Shown piece by piece: positions 9,464-17,136 of a stretch of DNA of 64,000 nt. The notes below the pieces were generated by a model. That model did no database searches, was not told the DNA's origin, and was given only the letters and a program-made list of their open reading frames with translations. The first letter of the stretch is position 1; each line of letters begins with the position of its first letter. Position numbers and translations under genes: made by a program. Source of the DNA: Acinetobacter phage EAb13; sequence record OQ717042.1; one strand, given 5' to 3'.

Positions 9464-10465
9464 ATGCCTGAATATACCTTAACACCTATCCCAGATATGG
9501 CTTTATATGTGGATGGAATCCCAGCGATTGCCCCAGCCAGTAACATTGGGGCTGCAGTCTTAAATGACTTTTACCATTATTTATTGAACCCCAGCACTGG
9601 TAATAGTGTTGGGGTAACCTTACGTTATGTTCATCCGAGTTCATCTTGGATTCTACCAAATGGTGAACCAGCGCTTTTTAATTTAGGCATGGCAGATGAT
9701 GTGTTCTTTGAGATCATGACTCAGATTAAAGCGTATGCTAAAGCCAATTACTTGGTCACACCTTTAGGTTCTTTATGGGGTTATCTTGCCACAGATGCAG
9801 GTAATTATATTGAAGTGACTGAGGATGAGCTGATTGAGCTTAAACCTCAACTGGCTGTAGGCGCTGGCCGTGAAGTTTATTATCAGTCAAATCTGGATGA
9901 AGATTTTTCTGTGAGTAGTATCTATTCTGAGAAGGGTAAATTTTTATTGCCTGACAGAAAAGATGTATTTCAGGATTATGCTTTTGGTTCTTTAGAGTTG
10001 AATGTTGCGCCAACCACATTAGAATTTAAAATGTGGAAATTGTTGTATGCTATTGATACGGAAGAATTTTTTGTTAAAAGAACAGATCGTTTTGATCTTG
10101 CAAACATTCTTTTTGAAAACAATGTCACTAGAGTATCCTTGGCATTGGACCCACAGAACCGTCCACAAGTAGCCTACACTGCAAATGATAAAGTTTACCT
10201 GTACTGGTACAGTGAAAATGAATCTCGATACCTGAATATGGAAATTCCAAATGCTAAAAATGCTTACTTGGCTCAAATCAATCCAGCCAACTATGCAGAT
10301 GTAATTTTGGCATATCAGAAAGGTCCAACCTTAGCTTTTCTAAAATATACAGAAAGCTATGAATTTGAAAGGGTTGTGATGAATACTTTGGATGAAAATT
10401 TAGAGCTGTACCAAGCTGGTCTAACCAATACTGGTAAGTTTCAGTGGAAATTTTTAGGAAAATAG
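9464..10465 (+). CDS. hypothetical protein in the fibre cluster (333 aa)
   Basis: ORF with AAGAGA RBS; sits between the paralogous fibre-like genes. Confidence 0.5.
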   Translation: MPEYTLTPIPDMALYVDGIPAIAPASNIGAAVLNDFYHYLLNPSTGNSVGVTLRYVHPSSSWILPNGEPALFNLGMADDVFFEIMTQIKAYAKANYLVTPLGSLWGYLATDAGNYIEVTEDELIELKPQLAVGAGREVYYQSNLDEDFSVSSIYSEKGKFLLPDRKDVFQDYAFGSLELNVAPTTLEFKMWKLLYAIDTEEFFVKRTDRFDLANILFENNVTRVSLALDPQNRPQVAYTANDKVYLYWYSENESRYLNMEIPNAKNAYLAQINPANYADVILAYQKGPTLAFLKYTESYEFERVVMNTLDENLELYQAGLTNTGKFQWKFLGK

Positions 10466-10466
10466 C

Positions 10467-11567
10467 ATGGATAATATCCCAGAAAAAACCACGATTAAGT
10501 CAAGAACATACGAGTTTTTTAAACTCGTTTTGACTATGAACAAAACAAACCCTGCTTGGGGTGATGTGAAAATCCCTGCAGGTAATTTCCCAAAGGGATT
10601 AGAACATTGTGAAGCCTTAACCATTGCTCAAATTGCCCAGATTCTACAAATTACAGTGAAGAAAAAGCTGCAAGATATTGTAGATAACATGCATGGTGGC
10701 GGTGGCAGCACTGGTGGCGGTGACGATGGTGGTGAAGGCTCAGTGACTGAACCAGTAGGTTGCGCTGGGTCCATTAACACTTTTAAAGCTGCTTATATGA
10801 CCGATGGTGGTATGTATCAGATGTTTGTAAATGATGAGGAATTTACAGGCAGTCATTGGTTATATAGAAACAACCTGTTCAAAGAATATTTAGCCCAGCG
10901 TGGTGTTGACTTTAATGCTTACGATGAAAATGGAAACCCAGTACAAATGGATTCCAATGGTCGTTATGACGCAGCCCGTATTGGTGAATTTGTTAATACC
11001 TCAAATCAGTATGTGAAAATACGAATAGCGGTAATTGATGCTGGTTCCATTAGTGAATTTAAAGCCCCAATTAACCCTGCAGCCATGTGGAATAATGAAT
11101 CATATGAATTAACAGTTTGTTTGGCACCGCAAAAAACAGTTGCTGCAGATGCTCATTGTGCTGTGATACCTCAAGATCAAATCAATGCGCTAGACCCAAA
11201 TGGTGTTTATACTCAGTATTTAGACAAGGCTGATAACCCATATGGAATTGAATTGCTCAACCCATATCAATTCTACATTACTGCAAATGGTGAGCCAGTC
11301 CTTCCATACAGAGGTGGCGGTGACGCTCTTTGGGGTACTGAACAAGACCCTAACTTACTCATTGGTGCTGAACCAGATGGAACTATAAAAATTATCAATC
11401 TAAAAGAAGTACCAATGGTTGTAAGAATCTGTTCAAGAACGGCAATACCGCCAATGATTCAGCCTATTTATAAACCAGCATTGAGTTCTAGCATATCAAA
11501 TATGTTGATTCATACAGATGAGTATGGCTATCAAACTTGTATAATCAAGCTAGGACCAATTAATTGA
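10467..11567 (+). CDS. putative tail fibre/receptor-binding protein, paralogue 2 (366 aa)
   Basis: N-term WGDVKIPAGNFPKGLEHCEALTIAQIAQIL matches the shared module; followed by a Gly-rich linker HGGGGSTGGGDDGGEGS and a distinct C-terminal domain. Confidence 0.4.
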   Translation: MDNIPEKTTIKSRTYEFFKLVLTMNKTNPAWGDVKIPAGNFPKGLEHCEALTIAQIAQILQITVKKKLQDIVDNMHGGGGSTGGGDDGGEGSVTEPVGCAGSINTFKAAYMTDGGMYQMFVNDEEFTGSHWLYRNNLFKEYLAQRGVDFNAYDENGNPVQMDSNGRYDAARIGEFVNTSNQYVKIRIAVIDAGSISEFKAPINPAAMWNNESYELTVCLAPQKTVAADAHCAVIPQDQINALDPNGVYTQYLDKADNPYGIELLNPYQFYITANGEPVLPYRGGGDALWGTEQDPNLLIGAEPDGTIKIINLKEVPMVVRICSRTAIPPMIQPIYKPALSSSISNMLIHTDEYGYQTCIIKLGPIN

Positions 11568-11574
11568 GATCAAT

Positions 11575-12444
11575 ATGAGCACAACCAAAATCATGACAAG
11601 ACGAGTGGCTGATCTAATCACCCCGTCTGATTTAGGTGAAAACCTATTAAAATTCAATCAAGTAATTTTACCTTGTGGGCGTATGCCTGCAGGGTATGAG
11701 ATCGTTGAGGGTATGACGTTGAGCCAGATTGCAGATGTAATTATTGAACATTTAGATGTTGCTGGCCTTATCCCAGACCTAAGTGGTGGCGGTACTCCAA
11801 GTGAAGGCACACCGACAGATTCTGTCACCTTCAATTACACCTTCAATGATGGGGCCACTATTCCTTTAGATGATGTTGAAATTCTAATGTTTGATGGTTC
11901 TGACACTATGCGTGTAAATGATACCTTCGAGTTAGATCATAACCCATCACAACCTAACTATTTTATGGGTATTACTACTGGACCAAAATGGGTGTTCTAT
12001 AACTTCCATCCAAGTAATGCACCAATTAAGATTGCCATTCGTCTGATTCCTGAAAATCAGAACATGTTACAAAATCTTCAATTGACTGGAAATACTACTT
12101 TCAAATGGAAAGAGGAAAACAAAGCCTATGTAGGAACCTTACTTCCATTCCCTAAACCACAGCTTTCAGATGTAACTTATGACCCTTCATCTGGTGTTCA
12201 TGTACTGATTGAAGGTACTGCTTTGAACCTCAAAGATGGGGCAGAATATGAAGCATATGTCACATTTATGAGAACAGATATTAACCAGATGGTGGTTTTA
12301 CGATCTGCAGACACCATTACTTCTGCAAATAAAAACTTCACTATTGGTGGAGATATCCCAGTAGATATGGGGCCATACTATGTTTCTTTACAGCTTAAAG
12401 ATACCACTGGTTGGCGTGATGTTGTAGAAGCTGAACTACTCTAA
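11575..12444 (+). CDS. putative tail fibre/receptor-binding protein, paralogue 3 (289 aa)
   Basis: N-term DLITPSDLGENLLKFNQVILPCGRMPAGYEIVEGMTLSQIADVI matches the shared module; linker SGGGTPSEGTPTDS; distinct C-terminus. Confidence 0.4.
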   Translation: MSTTKIMTRRVADLITPSDLGENLLKFNQVILPCGRMPAGYEIVEGMTLSQIADVIIEHLDVAGLIPDLSGGGTPSEGTPTDSVTFNYTFNDGATIPLDDVEILMFDGSDTMRVNDTFELDHNPSQPNYFMGITTGPKWVFYNFHPSNAPIKIAIRLIPENQNMLQNLQLTGNTTFKWKEENKAYVGTLLPFPKPQLSDVTYDPSSGVHVLIEGTALNLKDGAEYEAYVTFMRTDINQMVVLRSADTITSANKNFTIGGDIPVDMGPYYVSLQLKDTTGWRDVVEAELL

Positions 12445-12529
12445 ACTTACATGTTCATTTAGCAGAAAGTATTAAAAGTATACAGCCTAGTATGATATTA
12501 TCAGCACATCAACTCAGGATGTGCTGAAA

Positions 12530-12955
12530 ATGTTTTTAAAATACATTGCAATCAGTTTTCTGTTGAGTGTCTTGAGCATAAATGCAACAGTAATGGCTCA
12601 AACTAAAAACGACAGTCCAGCAACTACTTTCGTTCTTACCTATGGTAACGAATTTACGTTTGCATTGTGTGTTTTAGTATTGATATTGTCTAGTTGGCTT
12701 AGCATTAAGCTACCATCCGACGAGACAGTAAAGCCAGAAATGTCCAGTCAAGCTAAGATACTTGCAGCTCTAACTGGCGGAATTTTAGCGTTTATTTATT
12801 CGCTACATAAAGATCAGGGCCTAACCCTTATGAATCCAATCTGGATTGCTGTTGCTGCTATTGTGCTTCCCGTTACAATTCTAACTTTACGCAGCAAATT
12901 TAAAGGCTACACTGATATTGTAGACTTAAATAAAACGCAAAATAAGGGTGACTAG
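12530..12955 (+). CDS. multi-pass membrane protein, holin candidate
   Basis: 3 hydrophobic segments; ATG 12530 with AGGA RBS; an in-frame GTG at 12521 lies in a hairpin. Immediately upstream of a second membrane protein and the endolysin. Confidence 0.45.
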   Translation: MFLKYIAISFLLSVLSINATVMAQTKNDSPATTFVLTYGNEFTFALCVLVLILSSWLSIKLPSDETVKPEMSSQAKILAALTGGILAFIYSLHKDQGLTLMNPIWIAVAAIVLPVTILTLRSKFKGYTDIVDLNKTQNKGD

Positions 12956-13259
12956 GATGCCAATTAACCTTTACACCATGTTTTGGGCCGCTGTAGGTAT
13001 ACTAAGTCTTATCGGCCTTTACATGTTCAACTCAAAACCAAGCTTCCTGAACTTTATTACAAAGCGGGAATATTTGGTTGCTTTCCTTATTGCAGCAGTT
13101 TTTGGTATGCGTGAGACTTTTCCAGTCGCATGGATAATCGTAGGGGTAACCCTTGTGGCTATGTTTCGTCAATACCCGCAATACCTAAAAACATGTTTCA
13201 TGCATAAGCAACAAGAACACCATGGGCAGGGGCATAATTACCAGCATAGAAAGTCATAA
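12948..13259 (+). CDS. membrane protein (3 predicted TM), holin/antiholin candidate
   Basis: Overlaps upstream stop; hydrophobic segments AAVGILSLIGLYMF, VAFLIAAVFG, AWIIVGVTLVAMF; His-rich C-terminus. Confidence 0.45.
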   Translation: MTRMPINLYTMFWAAVGILSLIGLYMFNSKPSFLNFITKREYLVAFLIAAVFGMRETFPVAWIIVGVTLVAMFRQYPQYLKTCFMHKQQEHHGQGHNYQHRKS

Positions 13260-13280
13260 ACATATCTCATATGTTATATT

Positions 13281-13310
13281 ACCCTCATCACTTGATGAGG
13301 GTTTTATTTT
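13281..13310 (+). terminator. hairpin plus T-tract between membrane-protein gene and endolysin (attenuator/terminator)
   Basis: ACCCTCATC-actt-GATGAGGGT followed by TTTATTTT; it overlaps the TTG start chosen for the endolysin. Confidence 0.35.
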
Positions 13311-14040
13311 GTCTAAGCAAACACGTGAACATTTTCAGGAATTTCTGAAAGCTAAAGGTTTTTATACTGGAAATATTGATGGCATCATTGGTTTAAGGAC
13401 TAAAAGCGCTATTCTAAATTGCTTCCAGTGTAAAACTGCAACTCCAATTACTGACGTTGAATTATTCCAGTTTGCCAAGCAACTTGGTGATACCAACACA
13501 GTACGCATCCGTACTGTTGCCAAGGTTGAATCAGATGGCTCAGGCTGGTTCAATGATGGTCGCCCAAAAATTTTGTATGAACGTCACAAGTTCTGGAAGT
13601 ATAACGATGATGCCACAGCACCAAAGTCTACGTTCTTTAACTACCCAGATGCTGGTAATTACACCATTGATGCTGATAAAAATGGTGTCAATGACTCATA
13701 CGACAAACTTTTAAAAGCTTGTGAGTATGACCCAATGGGTGCTTTCATGTCAGTCTCAATGGGTGCCTTCCAAGTTATGGGTTTCTATTTCAAGGAAATG
13801 GGCTATGCCACACCTTGGGAAATGCTCTATGACTGTGCCCGTTCTGAAAAAGCCCAGTACCAGTTGCTGGTCAACTACATCGTAATGAATAAATTGCAGA
13901 AAGCTTTCTTGGCTATTTCTGGAAAACCAGACACTTGCCGTATGTTTGCGTCAGGATACAATGGTAAAAATTACGCTAAGTATAATTACCATGGCAACTT
14001 GGCTTCTGCTTATTTATACTATTTGAACAAGGTTAGATAA
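13309..14040 (+). CDS. endolysin: N-terminal peptidoglycan-binding domain plus C-terminal N-acetylmuramidase-like domain
   Basis: FLKAKGFYTGNIDGIIGLRTKSAILNCFQ resembles PG_binding_1; VAKVESDGSGWFNDGRPKILYERHKFW resembles the phage muramidase family motif (kVESgG..F..dgrp.ILFErH). Start uncertain: TTG 13309 after GAGGG, or ATG 13222 overlapping the upstream gene. Confidence 0.65.
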   Translation: MSKQTREHFQEFLKAKGFYTGNIDGIIGLRTKSAILNCFQCKTATPITDVELFQFAKQLGDTNTVRIRTVAKVESDGSGWFNDGRPKILYERHKFWKYNDDATAPKSTFFNYPDAGNYTIDADKNGVNDSYDKLLKACEYDPMGAFMSVSMGAFQVMGFYFKEMGYATPWEMLYDCARSEKAQYQLLVNYIVMNKLQKAFLAISGKPDTCRMFASGYNGKNYAKYNYHGNLASAYLYYLNKVR

Positions 14041-14055
14041 ATGGGCGGTTAAAAT

Positions 14056-14205
14056 ATGAGCAAACGTGAAGTTGCTGTTGTCATCGTCAAAGCCATTATT
14101 TTAGGGACGTTGCGCTATCTTGAGGATAAAGCCAAGGATAAAAAACAACCTAAAAATAAAATTATTTTTAAAGATGGTGTTGACGAAGGAATCGGCCTTG
14201 GCTAA
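14056..14205 (+). CDS. small single-TM protein (49 aa), possible lysis accessory
   Basis: ATG 14056; sequence MSKREVAVVIVKAIILGTLRYLEDKAKDKKQ...; directly downstream of the endolysin. Confidence 0.3.
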   Translation: MSKREVAVVIVKAIILGTLRYLEDKAKDKKQPKNKIIFKDGVDEGIGLG

Positions 14206-14290
14206 TATTGGTTTCAAGACGAGGGGCAGCAGTTAAACAGTAGTTCTAGCTTAGCTTGAAACAACAGTTGTATGCAAAGTCCCAAGTATA

Positions 14291-14315
14291 AAAAACCCCT
14301 TTCGGGGGTTTTTTA
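14291..14315 (+). terminator. rho-independent terminator
   Basis: AAAAACCCC-tttcg-GGGGTTTTTT. Confidence 0.8.
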
Positions 14316-14493
14316 ATCGCTTTAGAAAGCAGTAAATTTTAAAGCTAAATCAATTTATTTTGGATTAGTCTTTTTGATTTCAATATTTAGATACTATTGT
14401 TGCTTTCTAAACGATTAACCAATGTGGCTACGAACTTAGCCAATGAAGTTGAAAGACGGATTGAACAACCCCTTAGTGTTGATGTTCATTTTC

Positions 14494-14569
14494 TGCTATG
14501 TAGCTCAGTAGGTAGAGCAGCGGATTGTTAATCCGTAGGTCATTGGTTCGAGTCCAGTCTTAGCAGCCA
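14494..14569 (+). tRNA. tRNA-Asn (anticodon GTT), CCA encoded
   Basis: Hand-folded cloverleaf: acceptor TGCTATG/CTTAGCA (one mismatch), D-arm GCTC-AGTAGGTA-GAGC, anticodon arm GCGGA-TTGTTAA-TCCGT, variable loop AGGTC, T-arm ATTGG-TTCGAGT-CCAGT, discriminator G, CCA. Confidence 0.85.
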
Positions 14570-14734
14570 TTATGTCTGACATTGTTGGCTTAGCACACTT
14601 GGTTCTGCAGATAACCGCTTAGTGCAAGTAGAGTGGTTCTAACAACAGAATTGTTTTAGAAGTTGATAGTAGCTATAGTAATGCTTGATACAGATAAAAA
14701 CAGTTGGGGTTCGACTCCCTGTGTCAGACCCAAT

Positions 14735-14810
14735 ATTTACGGTTGATAACTTTGGACGATTTTACAACAAAGGTCGCAACTTTGAAGGACACAAGTTATC
14801 AACCGTAAAT
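14735..14810. repeat. 16-bp perfect inverted repeat ATTTACGGTTGATAAC / GTTATCAACCGTAAAT with 44-nt spacer
   Basis: Exact reverse complements at 14735-14750 and 14795-14810; the left arm directly follows a CCCAATATTTA motif that recurs at 14957-14967. Confidence 0.6.
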
Positions 14811-15902
14811 GTTGGAAACAATGTTTATTGGGTTAGCTATCAAACTGATGTGAACGAAAGCGCGTAAGTAGTTTACTGAAAGTTACTGGTGTAGGTAGAT
14901 GTGCTGTGTTACTTCTAGGGTCAAAGGCACATTTTGGTTCGATTCCATAATAACCCACCCAATATTTAGTGAAGCATTCTTGACGAACCGCATGATATGT
15001 AAGGGGTAATGGAGACTGTGATAAGTCTGTGAAGTTACCAGATAAGTTGAAGCGAATGTGGCCCTTTTCAAAGGTTGTGGGCCAAAGCTAAGCTGTCGAT
15101 CAACAGATTTAGCATCAACCAAGGTGTTGCTAGTCACTTCACTGAGAATGCTTCCCTAAATGTTGGATTACTCAGGCAAAGGGTAAACCTCTGTAGACAG
15201 GCCGCAAGGTACAGATAACCTTGGTCGGGGCCGATAAGTTTTTGGGTTATGCAGCTCAAATCCAACATTTCCAAATTTGAGGACTGCCGATTTAACGGTT
15301 GTGCAAGCTCAAAGGGTTATGGAATTACCGCACGACTCTCTTGCAGAGAAGGTATGAACATAAGGGTGTCACCTACCAGCAGGTCAACTAAGTACACGTT
15401 GATTAATCCTAGTGGTGAGATTTCAGGGAACCTAGCTAAGGTTCCTAACAATATTTATGGAAACAAACTCATGACTGTGACCTCTTTGAAAAGATAAACA
15501 GTTGGTTGTTGGTTAGTTTGGGTATGTGAGGTAACCATTCAAGCGGACAACCCCTCCCTCACGATGGTTGAGTTTGGTTCCATAAGTGTTGTAAATGAGA
15601 GAAACAGCCCGTATCCCTGTATGGTTAAGACTGCTTTCAATAGTCTGTGGATTGAAACCTAGCTGGTAACAGCATGAGTCGGATGCCACGCCTTGTATGG
15701 CAACAAACCAGCGAGTGAGTGGAAAGCTCACAACCAACACTTACCATGTTTACTGTCAGACTCAGGACATAAGCGAGGAACATAGCAGAGAAATTGCTCT
15801 AAGAAGTATAAGCCTGCTTGACCGACAAGAATGTTGAGTCAGCACCCCGACCATTAAATTGGTTGGGGTGTTATTTTATCCACGCAATAAAAGGAAATAA
15901 CT

Positions 15903-16193
15903 ATGACCGACGACAATAAAATGTTTGATGGAATGTTCCCAGCCCCTGCAGCAATTTGGGAATCTCAAGGTATCACTGATTCAGAAGTGTACCAGCAAGC
16001 TGCTATGATTTATGCTAAGTTAGTTTCTGTGCCACGCACTTTGCAACATGAACAGCTACTGGAATTAGCATTCCAAGAACAAGGTTATTCTGGTGCAACC
16101 GAAGCATATATTCATGGAGCAGCACAAGCAGCTCTTAAATTGAAAGAATTGGTTGAAAAAGGTCTAGATAAAAATGACGGAAGTAAACCATAA
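15903..16193 (+). CDS. hypothetical protein (96 aa)
   Basis: ATG with AAAGGAAATAACT RBS; first gene after the RNA region. Confidence 0.6.
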   Translation: MTDDNKMFDGMFPAPAAIWESQGITDSEVYQQAAMIYAKLVSVPRTLQHEQLLELAFQEQGYSGATEAYIHGAAQAALKLKELVEKGLDKNDGSKP

Positions 16194-16407
16194 GCAAGAA
16201 GCACAAGAATTTTTTGACAAGCATGGCTATGAAGTTCTAAAGCCATATATGGAATCCACACAGTGCTGGCTAATTTGTTTTTATTATGGTTGGCGCTTCT
16301 GGGATGAGTTAAAAATTATCTATTATCAGTGGGAAAAAGATCATGATATTAGTAATAATTGTGACCGCAATCATGATACTGGCAACATTAATACAAATCT
16401 ACACTAA
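16174..16407 (+). CDS. hypothetical protein (77 aa)
   Basis: ORF overlapping the upstream gene end. Confidence 0.4.
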   Translation: MTEVNHKQEAQEFFDKHGYEVLKPYMESTQCWLICFYYGWRFWDELKIIYYQWEKDHDISNNCDRNHDTGNINTNLH

Positions 16408-16528
16408 CATTCGTTATGCTGATTTGTACACGCAAAAAGTCTGGTATTTAAATAACCTTGCTAGTGTTTTGTTTATATGCTTAACCGCTTATTTAGCATA
16501 TTTATTAATCATAACCAAAGGAATATGA
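16343..16528 (+). CDS. small membrane protein (61 aa)
   Basis: Two hydrophobic helices (ILVIIVTAIMILATLIQI, LASVLFICLTAYLAYLLII). Confidence 0.3.
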   Translation: MILVIIVTAIMILATLIQIYTNIRYADLYTQKVWYLNNLASVLFICLTAYLAYLLIITKGI

Positions 16529-16530
16529 AT

Positions 16531-16722
16531 ATGTTTAAGTCACTTTTAAAAGCAACAGTAGCTATTGCTGCTACACCAGTAACTGTTGTGGTAGATGCCA
16601 CAGCAAATGTTAAAGATTGTATTGTGGGCGATACCCCAAGAGGATTGAAAAATACCAAAGCTATCACAGATTTAGCTGCAGATAATTTTAAGAATGCGGT
16701 TGAGCCTGAAACAAAAAAGTAG
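16531..16722 (+). CDS. hypothetical small protein (63 aa)
   Basis: ATG 16531 with AAGGA 8 nt upstream; the track ORF 16477 would start within the upstream gene. Confidence 0.4.
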   Translation: MFKSLLKATVAIAATPVTVVVDATANVKDCIVGDTPRGLKNTKAITDLAADNFKNAVEPETKK

Positions 16723-17009
16723 TAAATTAACACTTGAAATACCATGTTAGTGGTGTGTCTAAAAGCTGATTAATGCCGACCTCCTTTGCTCAAAACAGTC
16801 GGTATATGGACATTGTTAGAAGTCAGTGCAAACTTACCTCTCTCCGTTGGTAAGTGTAAAAGTTAAACACACAAGCAACCCTTAATCTTGGCCTGAGCAT
16901 CCAGTTGGTTAGGAGAGCGATTAGACGAACTGCCAATTCTTTTAATCCTCACCAACACTAGATTAAATCTGAACGTGGTAAACACAGCCACAGTTGCGTA
17001 AACGGTAGT

Positions 17010-17043
17010 AACCCCCAACGTAGGAGTTTGGGGGTTTACTTTT
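17010..17043 (+). terminator. rho-independent terminator
   Basis: AACCCCCAA-cgtaggagt-TTGGGGGTT followed by TACTTTT. Confidence 0.65.
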
Positions 17044-17136
17044 AACCCAAGATAAGCTACTGTGGATTTATAACTGGACAGCGTGATTAGAAATAATTGC
17101 CTGTCCTTTTTCTGTACTTAACAAAAAGGATAACCC

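Noticed and set aside
13222-13308. ORF-track start ATG 13222 for the endolysin
   Set aside because: It would overlap the upstream membrane-protein gene by 38 nt and read through a hairpin plus T-tract. TTG 13309 with a GAGGG RBS begins exactly at the PG-binding domain. It is kept only as an alternative.
14830-14967. A second canonical tRNA ending at 14967 with the acceptor partner GGGTTAG at 14830
   Set aside because: It would be 138 nt with an A-G mismatch in the acceptor stem and no D-arm consensus. Only the 3' module is tRNA-like, so it is reported as a finding rather than a tRNA feature.
14685-15740. Short ORFs 14685..14867, 14883..15137, 15249..15497 and 15513..15740 as protein-coding genes
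   Set aside because: They are on alternating strands without RBS, overlap tRNA-like modules and the 16-bp inverted repeat, and are inconsistent with the operon structure. Peptide 14685 looks protein-like but spans the palindrome, and it remains unverified.
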